64,000 nt of DNA, from assembly GCA_010909165.1 (NCBI GenBank), contig MU008189.1, positions 372,001-436,000 of the forward strand, given 5' to 3'. Position numbers and translations under genes: made by a program. The DNA comes from Anthoceros angustus (Eukaryota; Plantae; Anthocerotophyta). This document shows, in pieces, positions 1 to 13,165 of the stretch (position 1 is the first letter of the stretch; each line of letters starts with the position of its first letter). A model generated the notes under the pieces. It was not told where the DNA came from. It saw only the letters and a list, made by a program, of their open reading frames with translations, and made no database searches.

Positions 1-1470
1 CAACATGCCGTGCGTGAACGAGGCCATTGGTAATGCCCAGGAAACAAAGAATGCCTGTGGAGAGCTAGGATGAGCGGTGCGTGTCCGCCACACGCTCTGC
101 TCCCGTGTGGCTGCCTAGCGGCCACACATCGGAACCATCGTGCATAGGTCCTTGAGAAAAAAAAAACAACGCTCTGAAAAAGGAAAGGGGAAGCTAACGA
201 ATGACAGAGGATTCTTGAAATGAGCAACCTGTAAACTTGTGAGAAATCAGCGATAAAACCCTTCAAAAATATATGACCCGAAATCAAGGAGGTCTTGAAG
301 CCACTCCAGGGAATCTATTGCTGAACTCAATCTATGGTTTGACATATAGTACATATGCTGGTGCAAGAGGACTATGAGGAGAGGTGTTCAGCTTGGACTC
401 CAAAGGCCAAAAGGACTTGTGCTAGCGAAGAATGCTACTTGCTCTCCCCTTCAAACATCAGATAGTCATTGTGCAACTCAATTGTTTCGAGAGCCAACCT
501 TTGAAACAAGAGTATCAGATACATTCCGTTCTGTAGAACCAGTAGCAAGGCCGGGTCACAAAGAGGTAGGATTTTCCTTTGACGACCCATGCCTAACATT
601 AATTCTTGAGCGAAGGAGTGCTCTTTCATCAGCAATCCATGGGCCCGGCCCTGAAGGCTCAGCTCCGATGACATCAGAGATTTCCAAGGTTGTGTGGGAG
701 TGCAGGAAAGGGCGAGGTTCTGCCCTGACATGATGTGGGCGGTGAAAGAAGGCATATGGATGCACAAAGGCGCGGCAGCATTTCCAGATTCCCCTGCAGA
801 GACTGAGATATTGTGCGAGCATCTGCAAGAGGAAGGGTCTCTGGAAAATCTAGGTCCACCTGCAACATGCAAACGGAAAAGAAAGATGAGAACTTGTTGG
901 TACTCAAGACTTGGGACTAGTAGTTACTGAGATATTGTGCGAGCATCTGCAAGAGGAAGGGCCTCTGGAAAATCTAGGTCCACCTGCAACATGCAAACGG
1001 AAAAGAAAGATGAGAACTTGTTGGTACTCAAGACTTGGGACTAGTAGTTCAAGAGCAGCGGGCCATCTTGATGAGAAGTTGACAAGACCCCACAGAGAAG
1101 AAAGTTCCCACTGTGTAGCCTCGGACGGCCCGGATCTGCTCGATGTGCTGGTCGTGGTTGAATGCCATGTATGTCACTTTCTGCAAGAACTCTGGGGATG
1201 CTGATTTGCCAACAAGAGAGGCTGCCAGACAGACACATGGTTATCCTCACTAGGTGGCTGTGAAGCATGTAAGGCTATGGATGCCTGAAATATACTAATC
1301 TGCATGTTCCAGAATTGTTCTTGACCAGACGGTGATAGTATACAGAGCCAAAATGATGGCCCCACAGGATCAAGCCACCATGTAACCCTGGCAAGAAAAG
1401 GCCTGCAGTCAGGCCTACAACATTTGTGCTGATGTCAAAATAGTGATCCTGCCCCAGCACCGCCACCCAG
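1..1470 (-). pseudogene. Degenerate spliced gene relic of unknown family, probably continuing left of the window
   Basis: Short exon-like frames follow polypyrimidine/AG acceptors (KVTYMAFNHDQHIEQIRAVRGY; VDLDFPETLPLADARTISQSLQGNLEML; LSSAIDSLEWLQDLLDFGSYIFEGFYR*FLTSLQ; DLCTMVPMCGR*). They carry in-frame stops, a 124-bp duplication and a foreign 37-bp insert. Family not recognised. Confidence 0.3.
802..1049. repeat. 124-bp direct tandem duplication (802-925 / 926-1049)
   Basis: actgagatattgtgcgagc...gggactagtagtt occurs twice with one mismatch seen (gggtctct vs gggcctct). Confidence 0.95.
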
Positions 1471-1752
1471 ATCAGTTAAAAGTGAGAAGCTATTGACCCC
1501 AGCTGTTGCCTGCAATGTTGCGGTGAAAACACCAGGCGAACACATTCTAGAACAGGAGGAACGCCTGGGCGTAGGCAGATGTGTCGGACCCCTGTTCGAA
1601 GTTGCAAAAAGATTCAGCAGCGTCTCCTCTTAGAGCCTTCTGGGCACATAACCTACATATCCAATACCTAGATACTTGTGTAGCATAAGGGCAATATAAA
1701 GCAGACTACCGTATGATCTTAATATTTTTATAAGTCACATATTTATAAAAAT

Positions 1753-2434
1753 TTAATTCAGGATTATCCGCTTGTGAGGATATAGACTACAACATCCAGG
1801 TACTACACAATTATATAATATATCTAAAAAACTAATATTATCATGAAATCCAAGAACACATTTTGAGTCTATTTGGCTTGGACAAGCATCCAAGTCCTCC
1901 TCAACCATGTTAATACCTCCAGCGAATTGAGGGGCTGGACATTTTTGTATCAATTGTAGTCTTGCTGCTTCTAAACAAATTTTTAGTTGTTCTTCAAACA
2001 AGAAAGGAATTATAACATTTTCATCACCCATCATTGAACCTCTTGCACCAGCATATGTACTATATGTCAAACCATTCGTTCCTCTGCTTTGTACCTCAAC
2101 CCATCTTCCATGTCCTTCACTGAACAATGTATTGGCGAGTTCCTCAGCTTGCACCACAGCATGAAGTGCCGTATACATTCGTAAGTTTTCTTGTGTGTCT
2201 TCTGGATCTGGATGTACTTCACCAAAACATGTAAAAAAGAGACTAGGTTTGTACACAACAGCTTCATGAAATCTGAACACTAAAAACAATAAGAGTATAG
2301 CACTTACATGCACCATGTTGTGCCTAAGTGTTCTCTTGCAAGGATACCATATCTATCAATAAATATAAAAAATATAAAATGACCTTTGACTTTGAGAATA
2401 GACAGCATGTTTCGTTTCGTGAGTATATATATTC
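1753..2434 (-). CDS. AT-rich spliced gene of unknown function (last exon 1753-2272; 5' end uncertain, may extend to ~2680)
   Basis: A ~172-codon open last exon in AT-rich DNA follows the acceptor tttagtgttcag. Upstream exons NIYTHETKHAVYSQSQR and YGILAREHLGTTWC join in phase via GT donors. No recognised domain. Confidence 0.5.
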
Positions 2435-3265
2435 TATTAGATCTGCATATTCTTATGTCTCATTCTACTGTTGTTCAACAACCATGTCTATAACAAAATC
2501 TATTATGCAGTAGCCACATTCTACTATTGTTCGTAAGAAAATACAATGCTTTTGGTATATTGGATAGATGTGAACATCTATTTGATTGGTAACTTGATCA
2601 CTTAAGTGTGTTTCGTATTGTGGTTGAGTGCAATGGAAGACAAGATATGTTAAATGGAGTCTTCGGATTCTCCGGTTAAACAAACTCTGTAATGTATCTT
2701 AACTTTGCATTTACGAGTTTGGAGCATAAGAAGTTCAACAACAAAATAATCTATTTATAGCTTTATTGATTAATATTTAAATTTATTTATAACTTTATAT
2801 CTCACTAATATTATCGATAGGTAAGTCTTATCCAGGTAGACTGTAGGTAGGTAGCAATATGATGATAATAGGTAATAATAACGGGAAGACTGGGTGGGTC
2901 ATAGTTCACACGCTCCGCTGGGCCTCGGCGCGCATAACGTGAAACCCAGAAGGGAACAGAGTAAAAGATGGATCCAGCTGGGGAGCAGTAACGTGTCAGT
3001 TTGTGGACTAAAAGGTGGGGTTCGCATGGACGCTCAACTTGGCCGAAACCCGGTTTCCACGGGCATACGGCAACCGGTTTGGGGGCATGCCTTGATTGGT
3101 GTCATGCGATGTCACTGGCGGGAATGTCGTTTGCTCCGGGGCTCCGATCCCGCGAGCTGAAGCGAAGCCTCGAGACTGGCTGCCTGGCCGGTGCATCGAC
3201 AAGCGACAGAGGCGCATTGCTGGATCTGCGTATGCGGACTCGGTGCGACCGGAAGCCTGGCACCG

Positions 3266-5254
3266 ATGGAGGCTGCAGGCGATGCGCGGGCTCCTTCGCT
3301 CGCGCGCCCCGGGCTCGCGGTCATCGCTGTCCTGCTCATCTGCGGAGCAGCCACTGCGGTTTCCCAGTCCGAGGACTTGCGGGACAAGTTTGTGACAGTC
3401 AGTGGCGTGCAGCTGGCCGTGGACGGGAAGCCGTTCTACGTGAACGGATGGAACTCGTACTGGCTCATGGCCAAGGCCGCGGAGCGTGTTTTCGAGCTCC
3501 AAGGCTCGGGCAGCAATCTTGAAGGCGGTTGGGAGAAGGCCGGCGCGCTGGAGGAGGTGAAGCAGGTCCTGGAGCACGGGTCGAAGCTCGGGATGACTGT
3601 GTGTCGGACCTGGGCCTTCAGTGACGGCGGGTACCACGCGCTGCAGATCGCGCCGGGCCGGTACGATGACGTCGTTTTCAAGGTATGGTTGTTGTCGGAT
3701 TGAGTTGTTTGAGTTGAGAGATGGTGCGGAGGCGGTGGTGGAAGGTGTTTAAATGCTTTAGGCTTCTGATCTTTTCGTGTTGTAAAGGTGAAGAGTTGGA
3801 TGTGGAATTTGGATCTTGGAGTTTGTGTCGACGTTGGTGGAGGCCGGTGTGAATTGTCTGCTTAGGAGTGTATGAACGTTGCCAGATTCCGGTGGTTGGT
3901 ACAAGGCCGTAAATGTAGGTGCGAAGAGTGTGTACCTAGCTTACACATGGCGCGTGCTGTAATTCTAAGGTCGTATGAAGCGTTCTGGATCGTGACCTAA
4001 TCTGGAGACTTTGTTTGGAGGCAGGCCTTGGATTATGTGGTGGCAGAGGCAAGGAACCACAATGTGAAGCTGATTCTGTGCTTGGTGGACGACTTAGCCT
4101 CATTTGGTGGCAAACCGCAATATGTCAAGTGGGCCGTTGAGGCTGGTCATCACCTGAGCCTCCCGTCCAATGATTCATTCTACTCTGACAATTTCATCAA
4201 GAATTATTACAAGAGACATGTGATGGTGAACAGTGCGTCGTTTGTTCTGCGAAAGTTCTGCTGTTATGTGCTGCTTCAGTTGCATCTCAGTGACAGGATC
4301 GTTCTGTTGCTACAAATTGCAGACAGTGCTTACTCGGGTCAACACAGTGACGGGAGTGGCCTACAGGGATGATCCTACGATCCTGGCCTGGGAGCTGGTG
4401 AACGAGCCTCGGTGTGCTTCTGATCCCACTGGTCGCACCTTAAAGGTAATCACTGACATACACTGAGGTGTCTGTGTCGTCTTTCAGAAATTGCAATTGA
4501 TGGACACGTTTGTCTGGCTGGGGAGCTGATATGAGGAACCTCGCAGGCTTGGATCAAAGAGATGGCGGCCTATGTGAAGATGCTGGATAGTAAACATCTT
4601 GTCACGGTTGGGATGGAGGGCTTCTACAGTGGAGCCAAAGATGCAACCCTCAACAGGCTTGGTGCCAATCCTGCTGGGGGTTGGGCTCAATGGCTTGGCA
4701 CTGACTTCATCGACCAGAACAAGCTTGAACATATTGATTTTGCCTCAGCACACGGGTATCCTGACACCTGGTGAGCCTCTGCTGATACCAATACACAAGT
4801 TCTGCACGAGCCCTAGCTAGGCAAGTAATTGACTGATTCCTGTTGCAGGGTGCCTTTTCTTGCCCCTGCGGCGAGACTAGATTTCTTCAACAACTGGATA
4901 GACGTGCACATTGAGGATGCGCAACAGCAACTGGGGAAGCCAGTTCTCTTTTCAGAGTTTGGCATCTCATCAGAGATGAAGGATTTCGAACCGGAAAGCA
5001 GGCACAGGTTGCTCACTTCCATGTTTCAGAAAATATGGGAGTCCGCGAAGGCAGGCAGAGCAGGTGCAGGGTCACTGGTTTGGCAATTTGTCGCACCCAA
5101 CATGAACAGGTTGATCGACTCGTTCTCGATTGTGCCCACTCGGCATCAGCATGTCGCGGAGCTTTTCTCTGCCCACTCATGCCGATTGCTGACATTGTAC
5201 AATCCTCTGCACGCCCAAGCATGTGCTCGTCTAGAACAAGACAAGGCGAACTAG
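3266..5254 (+). CDS. MAN: Endo-1,4-beta-mannanase, GH5 (exons ~3266-3682, 4025-4225, 4323-4445, 4547-4770, 4849-5254)
   Basis: Signal peptide, [35 protein letters not shown] (acid/base Glu), [20 protein letters not shown] (nucleophile Glu), GSLVWQ. GT-AG introns in phase. Confidence 0.95.
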
Positions 5255-5818
5255 TTAGTTTTTAGGGTTCGTGAAGTACGGGGGTGTCAGAGACCTGCAA
5301 ATAGATGTAAACCTTGTACTTTCTGGGGTGAAACCGTGGGTGTATACTGTAGCAATAAGTACCGTGGTCCCAGGTGGTCCCCAGGTGCTGACGGCAATGG
5401 CTGTCCTGTGAAGAGCGTTAAAAGCAAAAGATCAAGGCCCTGCTCCCTCCGAGACGTTTGTACTTTTGTCACAACGGCCGACCGTTTAAAAACTTTAAAT
5501 ACAATGCACTGTACGTGTGTACGTGCTGTACATATGTACACGCTTGTCGACTGTGTGCCCAAGGAGCAAAACGATCGGTGAATGTACAAAGCTACCCGCA
5601 CGTATCGTGCCATGATCAATTTTCGATAAAATTACATTAGAATTTATGGACTAGCAGGCTTTCCGAGTCTGGTGTCTGGTGGAAAACGGTAACCCCAGTT
5701 GGCAAGTTTGCCAGGGCGTCCAGTGACTCCCACACCGGCCCAGGCGTGAATTATGACCTACACCTGTTCCTTTACTTAATAGATACCGACACCTGTCGCC
5801 TCCCGTGAAAACATCGTA

Positions 5819-7474
5819 TCAGCGCGGTCGTACGAAGAAACTGGTTATTTTGCGTGAACCAGCGGCAGCAGAGGCTGATTTCTTGGTGGAGCCTTTCTGA
5901 CCATTCGAGGCAACCTGCAAAAGGGACTGGTTTAGTTTGAGGAAGATGCTATAATGGCAAGCCTATGCAGAGTCTACAGCCGAGAATGTCTTACAGGTAC
6001 GGGTTTCATGGGCTCTGCTAGAAACATGTTCGTCTGCGAATCAGAGCGAGCCTTTTTATGGGCGTCAAAATCCACCCTGCAGGAAGTAGAGCTAGGTCAG
6101 AAGGTAGCATGCATCCAGAACAAAACATACACACCAAGGTGTCCTAGGACGGCAGTGCACCTTAAATGGGTACAAAGCCTCTGAAGCCATGGATCCGGCT
6201 TCAGGTATTCCCCAAGCACACCCACAGCATGCACCTCTGCACACAGGTAGGAGATGTTACAGCATTTCCTCAGCTGGTGGAATAATTCTGAAAAGAACAG
6301 GGTTGTTTAAATGTGATGTGAGCCTTACTCATATCATCTTCACTTAGGGAGCCGTATGGACCAGCTTTAAGGGATGCCAAAGCTCTTGAAGTCTGCCTGA
6401 CCTACAACCCATGCCACTTGTGCTTCAGGTTCCTGTCTTCTAAGACGAGATGCAAGCAGACGGTGCCCAGACAAAGCGCACCTTGCAACAGAGCCATGCC
6501 AAAGCCTTGTTGTCATCCAGCCTGTAGTACTTGACCGAACCCAGTTCTGACAGGTTTCACACAGCTTGTAAGGTGCCATGAGCGGACGACATGCAATGCC
6601 AGCACCGGGACTGGACTCTCACCTCGGACTTCACACACAGCTTGAAGTGAGCTCCCAAGGAGAGGCAACAAACGAATGTAACTGGGATACCCATCCACAT
6701 CCAGAACCTCGTCCAGTGCCCTGAACTTGCCTGCGTCATCACCTCTCTGGACCGACACAATCGTCAGCTAAAGTTCGCCAATGAATCGTGCAACAGCTGT
6801 GGATATCCAGGCACTCACTTTCATGCGGGCTTTGTCCAGGAGTGGCAGCAGGAGAAAAATTGGATCAACAGGTGATGCCACGTATAAGCTCCCATCTGCT
6901 TGCATGATCCCCATTGCAGGAGGCAACTCTCAAACACGTCAGTCACATCTGTACACTCAGCACCACCCAAATGCCGAAATAAGGTAGAAGAACCCAAGTA
7001 GTATCTCAACAAAAACAATGCCTGGGCGCTCCATTGCCGCACCTTCAACCACAGAGTCGCCTATAAACCAGGACCCATACCGTTGCTTGAACCAGTGAAC
7101 CTCCTGAACCGTTCCATCCATTATCATGTACAAAGCCTTGCTTCCTACCCCGCCAAGAGAAAACGGCATCACATCACATCGTCACAGTGACTGAAGCATG
7201 CAACAGTCAGACGACTGCCATCCTGATTGCATTTCACTGAGCTGACCAGGACAGCCATGGTTGTTTACCGGATTTTGGGTTCTGCAAATGTACAAACTTG
7301 CCATCAAGCTCCTGACTTGTGCATTCGGGTTTGCTCAATGAGGGAGCTGTCAGAACAAGCCAGTTGCACCTAGTCAGTCCCATCACATGACCCAACCTGC
7401 AGCTGATGACTGTATTAGCATGTACCATGTGCAATAAGAACGCGGATGTCCGAGCTCGGGTTGCGTGAACACAT
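5819..7474 (-). CDS. RNASEH2B: Ribonuclease H2 subunit B (multi-exon)
   Basis: Exon peptides IRVLIAH, VQEVHWFKQRYGSWFIGD, DGSLYVASPVDPIFLLLP, GKFRALDEVLDVDGYP, KYYRLDDNKALAWLCCK, VLGEYLKPDPWL, and a C-terminal PIP-box-like RKITSFF before TGA at 5819-5821. Confidence 0.92.
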
Positions 7475-7541
7475 GGCCACAACCAATCTTTGCTTCTTCC
7501 TCCACCCAGCCCTCAGGAACTATCGTATCTTGTTGGTCGCC

Positions 7542-7554
7542 TTTCCCGCGGGAA
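7542..7554. promoter_or_regulatory. Palindromic double E2F-type site TTTCCCGCGGGAA
   Basis: Matches the E2F consensus TTTSSCGC, overlaps an inverted near-match, and lies ~70 bp upstream of the RNASEH2B ATG. Confidence 0.55.
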
Positions 7555-7737
7555 GCAAAATAATCCACGATTATGTACATCGTGAATCTATCAGAAACGT
7601 TGTTAATATTACAGGATTGCCGCCCTAAAGTGACAAATGTTTCAAGACGTCTCTCAAATTGTTTGTCTGGAGGCCGGGAATGTTTGCTAGCCGTGGCTGC
7701 GCGTTGACCAGTGTTCACGTCGACGATTGCCAGCAGT

Positions 7738-10700
7738 ATGGAGCTGGTTAGTAGGGCTCTGGGATGCTCCAAGCTATTAATGCCAGCAGGAAGTTGTTGC
7801 AGCAGCACCAGCAGCAGCCTTGCTGCATTGTATGGTAGAACCGACTCCAGTGTGGTTGCTGGCAAATTGAGGGACAGCATTGTCTGCGCACCTAGGGCTC
7901 CGATTTTCTGCCAAGCCAGCACCTCAGCGGTGACAGAGAACCCAGCGAAGGAGAGGGGAGTGGGCCTGCAGGGCTTTGTGGAGGAGGAGAAGAAGAAAAA
8001 GCCATTGAAACAGCACAGGACGTGGAATGCGGGGCAGAGAACGTCGGCGGACAAATTCGAGAAGAAACTGAAGGAGCTGAAGCGATCCGCGGACAGGGAG
8101 GCCCGTTCTGGTGCAGCTGATGGCAGCAGTCTGAACCAATATCCAATTGCCCAAGGGACTGGTGTGAAGGCTTTTAGTGAAGATGGCTTTGATTCCGACA
8201 AGGATGAGTTGGAGTTGGAGTGGGACGAGGAGGAGGAATTGGCTGCAGCACAACAAGTAGTGCCCTTAGAGAACGCATACTCGAGAAGCGAATTGAATTG
8301 TCAACACTTTTCAAGGTGTGAAGCTGTTGCTTGTCAGGCTTTACAAATTGGCTTCTTTCCCACTGAGATGATGATAACTGTCCTTGACTTAAATTTTGCC
8401 CGTAGATGCTCAGGATGTGTGTTGGATACTGCCTTGGACCGTCCTCCTGTTCTACGGGAAGCTGAGAACTATTTTACCCAGTTTGGGATCCAGGACTTCT
8501 CTTTCTATTCGGGCAACGTGGTAGGTTTGCAGTTTTACAGTCATTTTATGCACAGGGCATGATGCTGTTTCTCACCAGCATTTCGCTGCTGAACTTTTGG
8601 GCACTGCTTGAAATTGAGAGCAGCTGCTGTAGACTTCACTCAGTAAGCGTAGGTTGGTGCAGTGGGAGTGGAGGTGCAGGGCAAAGCTTGCGGTTAGGGG
8701 CACATCAGACAACCCACAGATCGGGATTTATGAGGAAGGGAGTCATAGCGTTGTTAGCATTCCAGCATGCCGGGGTACTTTATTAATACATACTCATGCA
8801 TCTTTTCTCCGATTGTTTTCTCTAGACGTTTATGAAACTTATATCGGTGACCATTGCGTTTTGGTGTTGCAGTCCATCACCCAAGAATAAACGAAGCTGT
8901 GGAACTACTCAAAGCAGGTTCATCCTAGAATCCATGCCATTCTGCACCTGGTGGTTAACACAGATGACCTGGAAGTTGTCTACACTTGTTTCTATTTAAC
9001 AAAGCATATATCTCTGTAGGGTCGTCCCTGCCTAGGCTGTACCCTGACAGAGTGTTTGCCCATACCAGCAATCAAAGAGCTCAGTATTCAGCCATATGAT
9101 GAGTCTTCTGGAAGTGGGGAGCTGCGATATGTCCAGGTATACCAGCTGGCCCCGTGTTTGTCTGTAAGGAACGTGGTTAGGATGCTTCCTTGGGGATGGC
9201 GTTAATACGTTTTCTTCTTTCCCTCTGACGCAGATGGTGGTGTCCACACACAATACCGCCTTGCCAGATTCTGAACGATATGCGAACGGTATGTTTTTTT
9301 TTAACTTTGCAATCAGTAAGGAGTTTTTTCTTAATGCTTCTAGCAAGTCATGGCTTCCTGAGTGTGATAGACAGTTGGGCTTGTCGTCACTCTGTGCAGG
9401 CAAAGTCCAGATAAGTCTAGTTTGGAATGCCAGGAGTGAAGACTCGTTTGAGGCAAGGCAACTGAAGCCAACTGCTGAGGTGGCCTCCTTTTTCACCCTA
9501 CCCTCCCGCTTTTTGGTGATCCCAGTGCCTTCTTTCGTATGTCTGACTGTGTATAGGCCGCTATATGTGTAGCTTCTGTGGCAAAAGGGTGGAGTGAAGA
9601 GTACCAAGCCCATCATACACTCTGTATGGGCAAACTTCCAGACAACCCGCACAAATGTTGGTGACGTCTGTAGTTTGCATTATTTCCTGCATGGCGGGTT
9701 GAGCACAGCCCCCACTGAGACCTGCTTACTTTGCAGGTCATTTTCGGAGGAAGGTGGAGGCATATGCTTGGAGAGAGAGACTCCTGGGAACGTTTGGGCG
9801 GTGTCAATATCTGTTTTACTCCTTCCTCTTTTGGGCAGGCTAATCTCCAGGTCTCAGAGAGCATGGGTCGCGTCATCAATATTACTGGCATGCTGTTCGT
9901 TGTGTCGACTAAGACGGCTAGTGTTTTCAGAAAGTTGGGGCTTTTCTTTACACCTTGTTTGTCTGTTGTCTCTGGGGACAGGCTTTTGATGCGCTTCTCA
10001 GGAGACTGCAAAGATTTGTAAAGCATGGGAGTAAAGTTGTTGAGCTTTATGCTGGTGTGGGCACTATTGGCCTTAGTCTAGCAGTTCAACGTAGCTGCAG
10101 GTACTAAAAAGCATTTTGTTTTCTCTTTATGGGTTTCTGACGTCAGGGTTTTTTGTCATAGCGTAATTTATGAAGTCCGTTCCATAACGCTTTCCGGTGG
10201 TTCTCATGGCTTTTGGTGCAGGGCTGTGAAATGTGTTGAAGTGAACAAAGCATCAAAGGCCCCATTTGAACTGTCCCTTGCACGTCTTCCCGCTTCTGTG
10301 GAATCGAAGATCAGCTGGCACTGCGCTGATGCTTCTGTGGTGAGTTATCCGCATCTGAGTGTGTGGGTCGGATGTTAATTGTAGATCGCAAGGTTCCCAT
10401 AACGTCGGTTCTTCCACCTTGGGCAGACACCAATTCAATGGCTTCAAGGGTCAGAGGTTGTCATTGTCGATCCTCCAAGAAAAGGATTGGATGCAACTGT
10501 AATTGAAGCCTTACGCACCGCATCCCTGCGTGGACAAGGGAAAACCAAACCCCCCAGCAGCATCATCTTGGACAAGTAAGCCATGTTTGCGGTCTTGTGT
10601 TACGCATGACAAGGGCATCATGGCTTTGAGTGAGGTAGAAATGCACTGAGTGTGCAGAGTTGAAAAGCGGCCCTGGATTCTCCGCGCAAAGCAAGCAGCT

Positions 10701-11205
10701 GTGCAAACTGACGGCCCTGAAGACTTGGACTACGATGAGGAGACATGGCCTGAGACGCTAATATATGTCAGCTGTGGTTGGGAGGCCTTCAAGGCGGTAT
10801 GGCTTGCCTCTCTTGCAAGACATGTGTTTACGGGGTAAATGTTTTGGGCAGCATAACTGAACTTGTTGAGTTTGATGTGTGCTTTCCAGGACACGACAGC
10901 TCTGCTATCCGGTAATGCATGGCACCTGGCTGAAGCAGCTGCATTCAACTTGTTCCCCGGAACGAACAGGTTACCATCCTGCCTCCCAGTATATGTTCTA
11001 TGTTGCACCTTTTCGTCTGGTTGATCACGTACCCTAACTGCTGCACGTCCCCTCCTGTCCCATCAGCATGGAGGTGCTCGCTGTCTTCAAACGAGGCAAG
11101 AAAGCGAGGAGCAAATCCAAAGGTACAATCACGAAGGCAAGGTTGGCAAAGGGCAAGGCCAAAAAACATGCAAGGAGCATGCAAAAGTCTCTGTCTTCCA
11201 GGTGA
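7738..11205 (+). CDS. TrmA/RlmD-family RNA (uracil-5)-methyltransferase, probably organellar (multi-exon)
   Basis: Transit-peptide-like N-terminus, CQHFSR/CSGC Cys cluster, WRCRAKLAVRG, PSSFGQAN, SAM motif VVELYAGVGTIGL, VIVDPPRKGL, catalytic LIYVSCG, FNLFPGT..MEVLAVFKR. Confidence 0.9.
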
Positions 11206-13082
11206 CCGGACTTCCTGGTAGGCCCGAGCTGCATGCAGCACCGGTGACCCCCGTCGGAGGGCAGCCTAAAAGTGTGTCCCCGATCCTCACCGTAGTGTCG
11301 ACTCCCAAGGTACTTTCCACCGTCTGTAGCGGGAATGTACGTACGCACAGTAGCATGGTTTTCCAACCCAGCCGACGTCTGTGTCGTGCAGGAGCAGCTT
11401 TTGGAACTTGGGTGGCTTTCTTTTTGAGAGCACATTGAAGGCACCCCCTGAGATGTAAAGTACTAAAGGACAAGAGATAACAGAGTGGGTCTGTGATGGA
11501 AGGGAAGGACGAAGCGAAGTGGGAGGCGGAACTCGGAAGAGTTCTGGATCCTGGGGAGTGTTGGATATTATACAGCTGGTGAGAAGTATGTGCGGCGCGC
11601 CCTGGCTCCTGCTTCATTTTTTCTGAATGACGGCCTACAGGTGATGGCATTCCGTTGTCGCTTCTCCTCGTCCCGGAGAACCGCCTATTTTTGGCCACAG
11701 GAGTGAGGAGGAGGAGGCCTGTGTCAGAGTCAGAGCAAGTAGCCATGGCCATCCCGGACCGTGAAAACCGCCAGGTGGCAGGTCCAGCTTGTGCTGTCGG
11801 CTTTGTTTGTGGCCTGGCATCTGCCACTTGCCACCTGTGTGACTGACTCACCGACCTGTCACTTCGAGCAAATCCTTAGACAATGGGCTGATATGCACAT
11901 ATCTACAAGGCTGGAACGCTTGCATCAAGCTCCCGAAGATCGAGATCCTGATTGGCGGATCCTACTAGCTCCTGTGAGTCCACTTCCCCCAGACTCCTGA
12001 TGGGCATGTGCAGATTTCCAGGAAGGCGGGCGGGCAATGGAGCAAGTAGGTGATGGGCCCAGGGCCCCGACGTCCATGTTTCCCCGGGCCCCGGACTGTT
12101 CGGGCACAGCAGGTTGCTGGGCTCCCTGACTCAACTCTTTCCAGCAATGGCGTTCTTGCAAATGGCCCCAACCTTGTGGGGCAAGCTTTTACCCTTCCTT
12201 GGACGAGCGATCGTCTAAATCTGGTGCAGGCACGACGCCGTTTGTCCAAGTTCATTGAAGGGGAGCTGTGGAAGCCTGGAGCTGTAGAGCCTAGATGCCC
12301 GTTATCGGCGACCCAACGCAGCGTACCGGTCCTCCGCCAGGCTGGTCGTATGGAGCCCGGGCGGGGAACAGGCGCGGATTGCAGCCTCCTATTCCCCGGA
12401 GGCCCGCTGTCTGCGGACCGGTAGCTGCCTACAAGTTTCTACCCTTCCGGCGAGATTCCAGGTTTTCCCCTTCCAGGCAAGCGAGCAGGCCGCCACGGGT
12501 AGAGCAGCAGCTGGTCTGGAAGGTCCCAAGTACTAGGAGGACGGAGAGGGCGGGCCCCACCCCTGCCCTTTATTTACTGCAGGCGTCACTGTGTCGGCTG
12601 ACGTCGCCCGCAGGTGAAGCATGCACAAGTTGGTAACAAGCAGACAAGCGGCTGTGGAAGGGTGAAAACATTTCTCCTCCGTTTCGGGGGGCTGTGGTGG
12701 CGGCCCGCATGGTCTCCATGGACCAGCCCCGCTCTGACAGATAATGCCTCTTGTGTGCGTATCCGAGCTGCTGCAATTCGCTGCCCCGGGCTTGGTATAT
12801 ATGGGACCAGCCCATCCCCGCTGCTCCACACTCGGCCGGGCTCTCGCCTGGAGCAGGAGCTGGAGTTGGAGCTGGAGCTGGAAATCCAAGAGAGCTGAAT
12901 TCCCTTCGCTCTCGTTGCTGGACTGGAGACACATGCTGGAAGCAGAGGGTGGAGACTTGAAGCAGAGTGAGGATTTGAAGCAGAGAGTGTTTGTTGCTTG
13001 AGAAAAGGGTGAAGATTTGACGCAAAGGCCGAAGTTTTGAGGCGAAGCAAAAGGTTGGAGATTTTGGACAGGAGTTTGCTGG

Positions 13083-13143
13083 GCTCCGGATTCGGACTCG
13101 GACTCGGATTTGGATTTGGGTTTGGATTTGGATCTGGATTTGG
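13083..13143 (+). repeat. Hexamer microsatellite (GGACTC/GGATTT)n in the TauE 5' UTR
   Basis: ggattc-ggactc-ggactc-ggattt-ggattt-gggttt-ggattt-ggatct-ggattt. Confidence 0.8.
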
Positions 13144-13165
13144 GTGCGGTGGAGCAGATGCGAGG

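Noticed and set aside
2341-2348. GTATCCTT (minus strand) as a U12 intron donor
   Set aside because: No TCCTTAAC branch site before the next acceptor, and the sequence reads well as exon.
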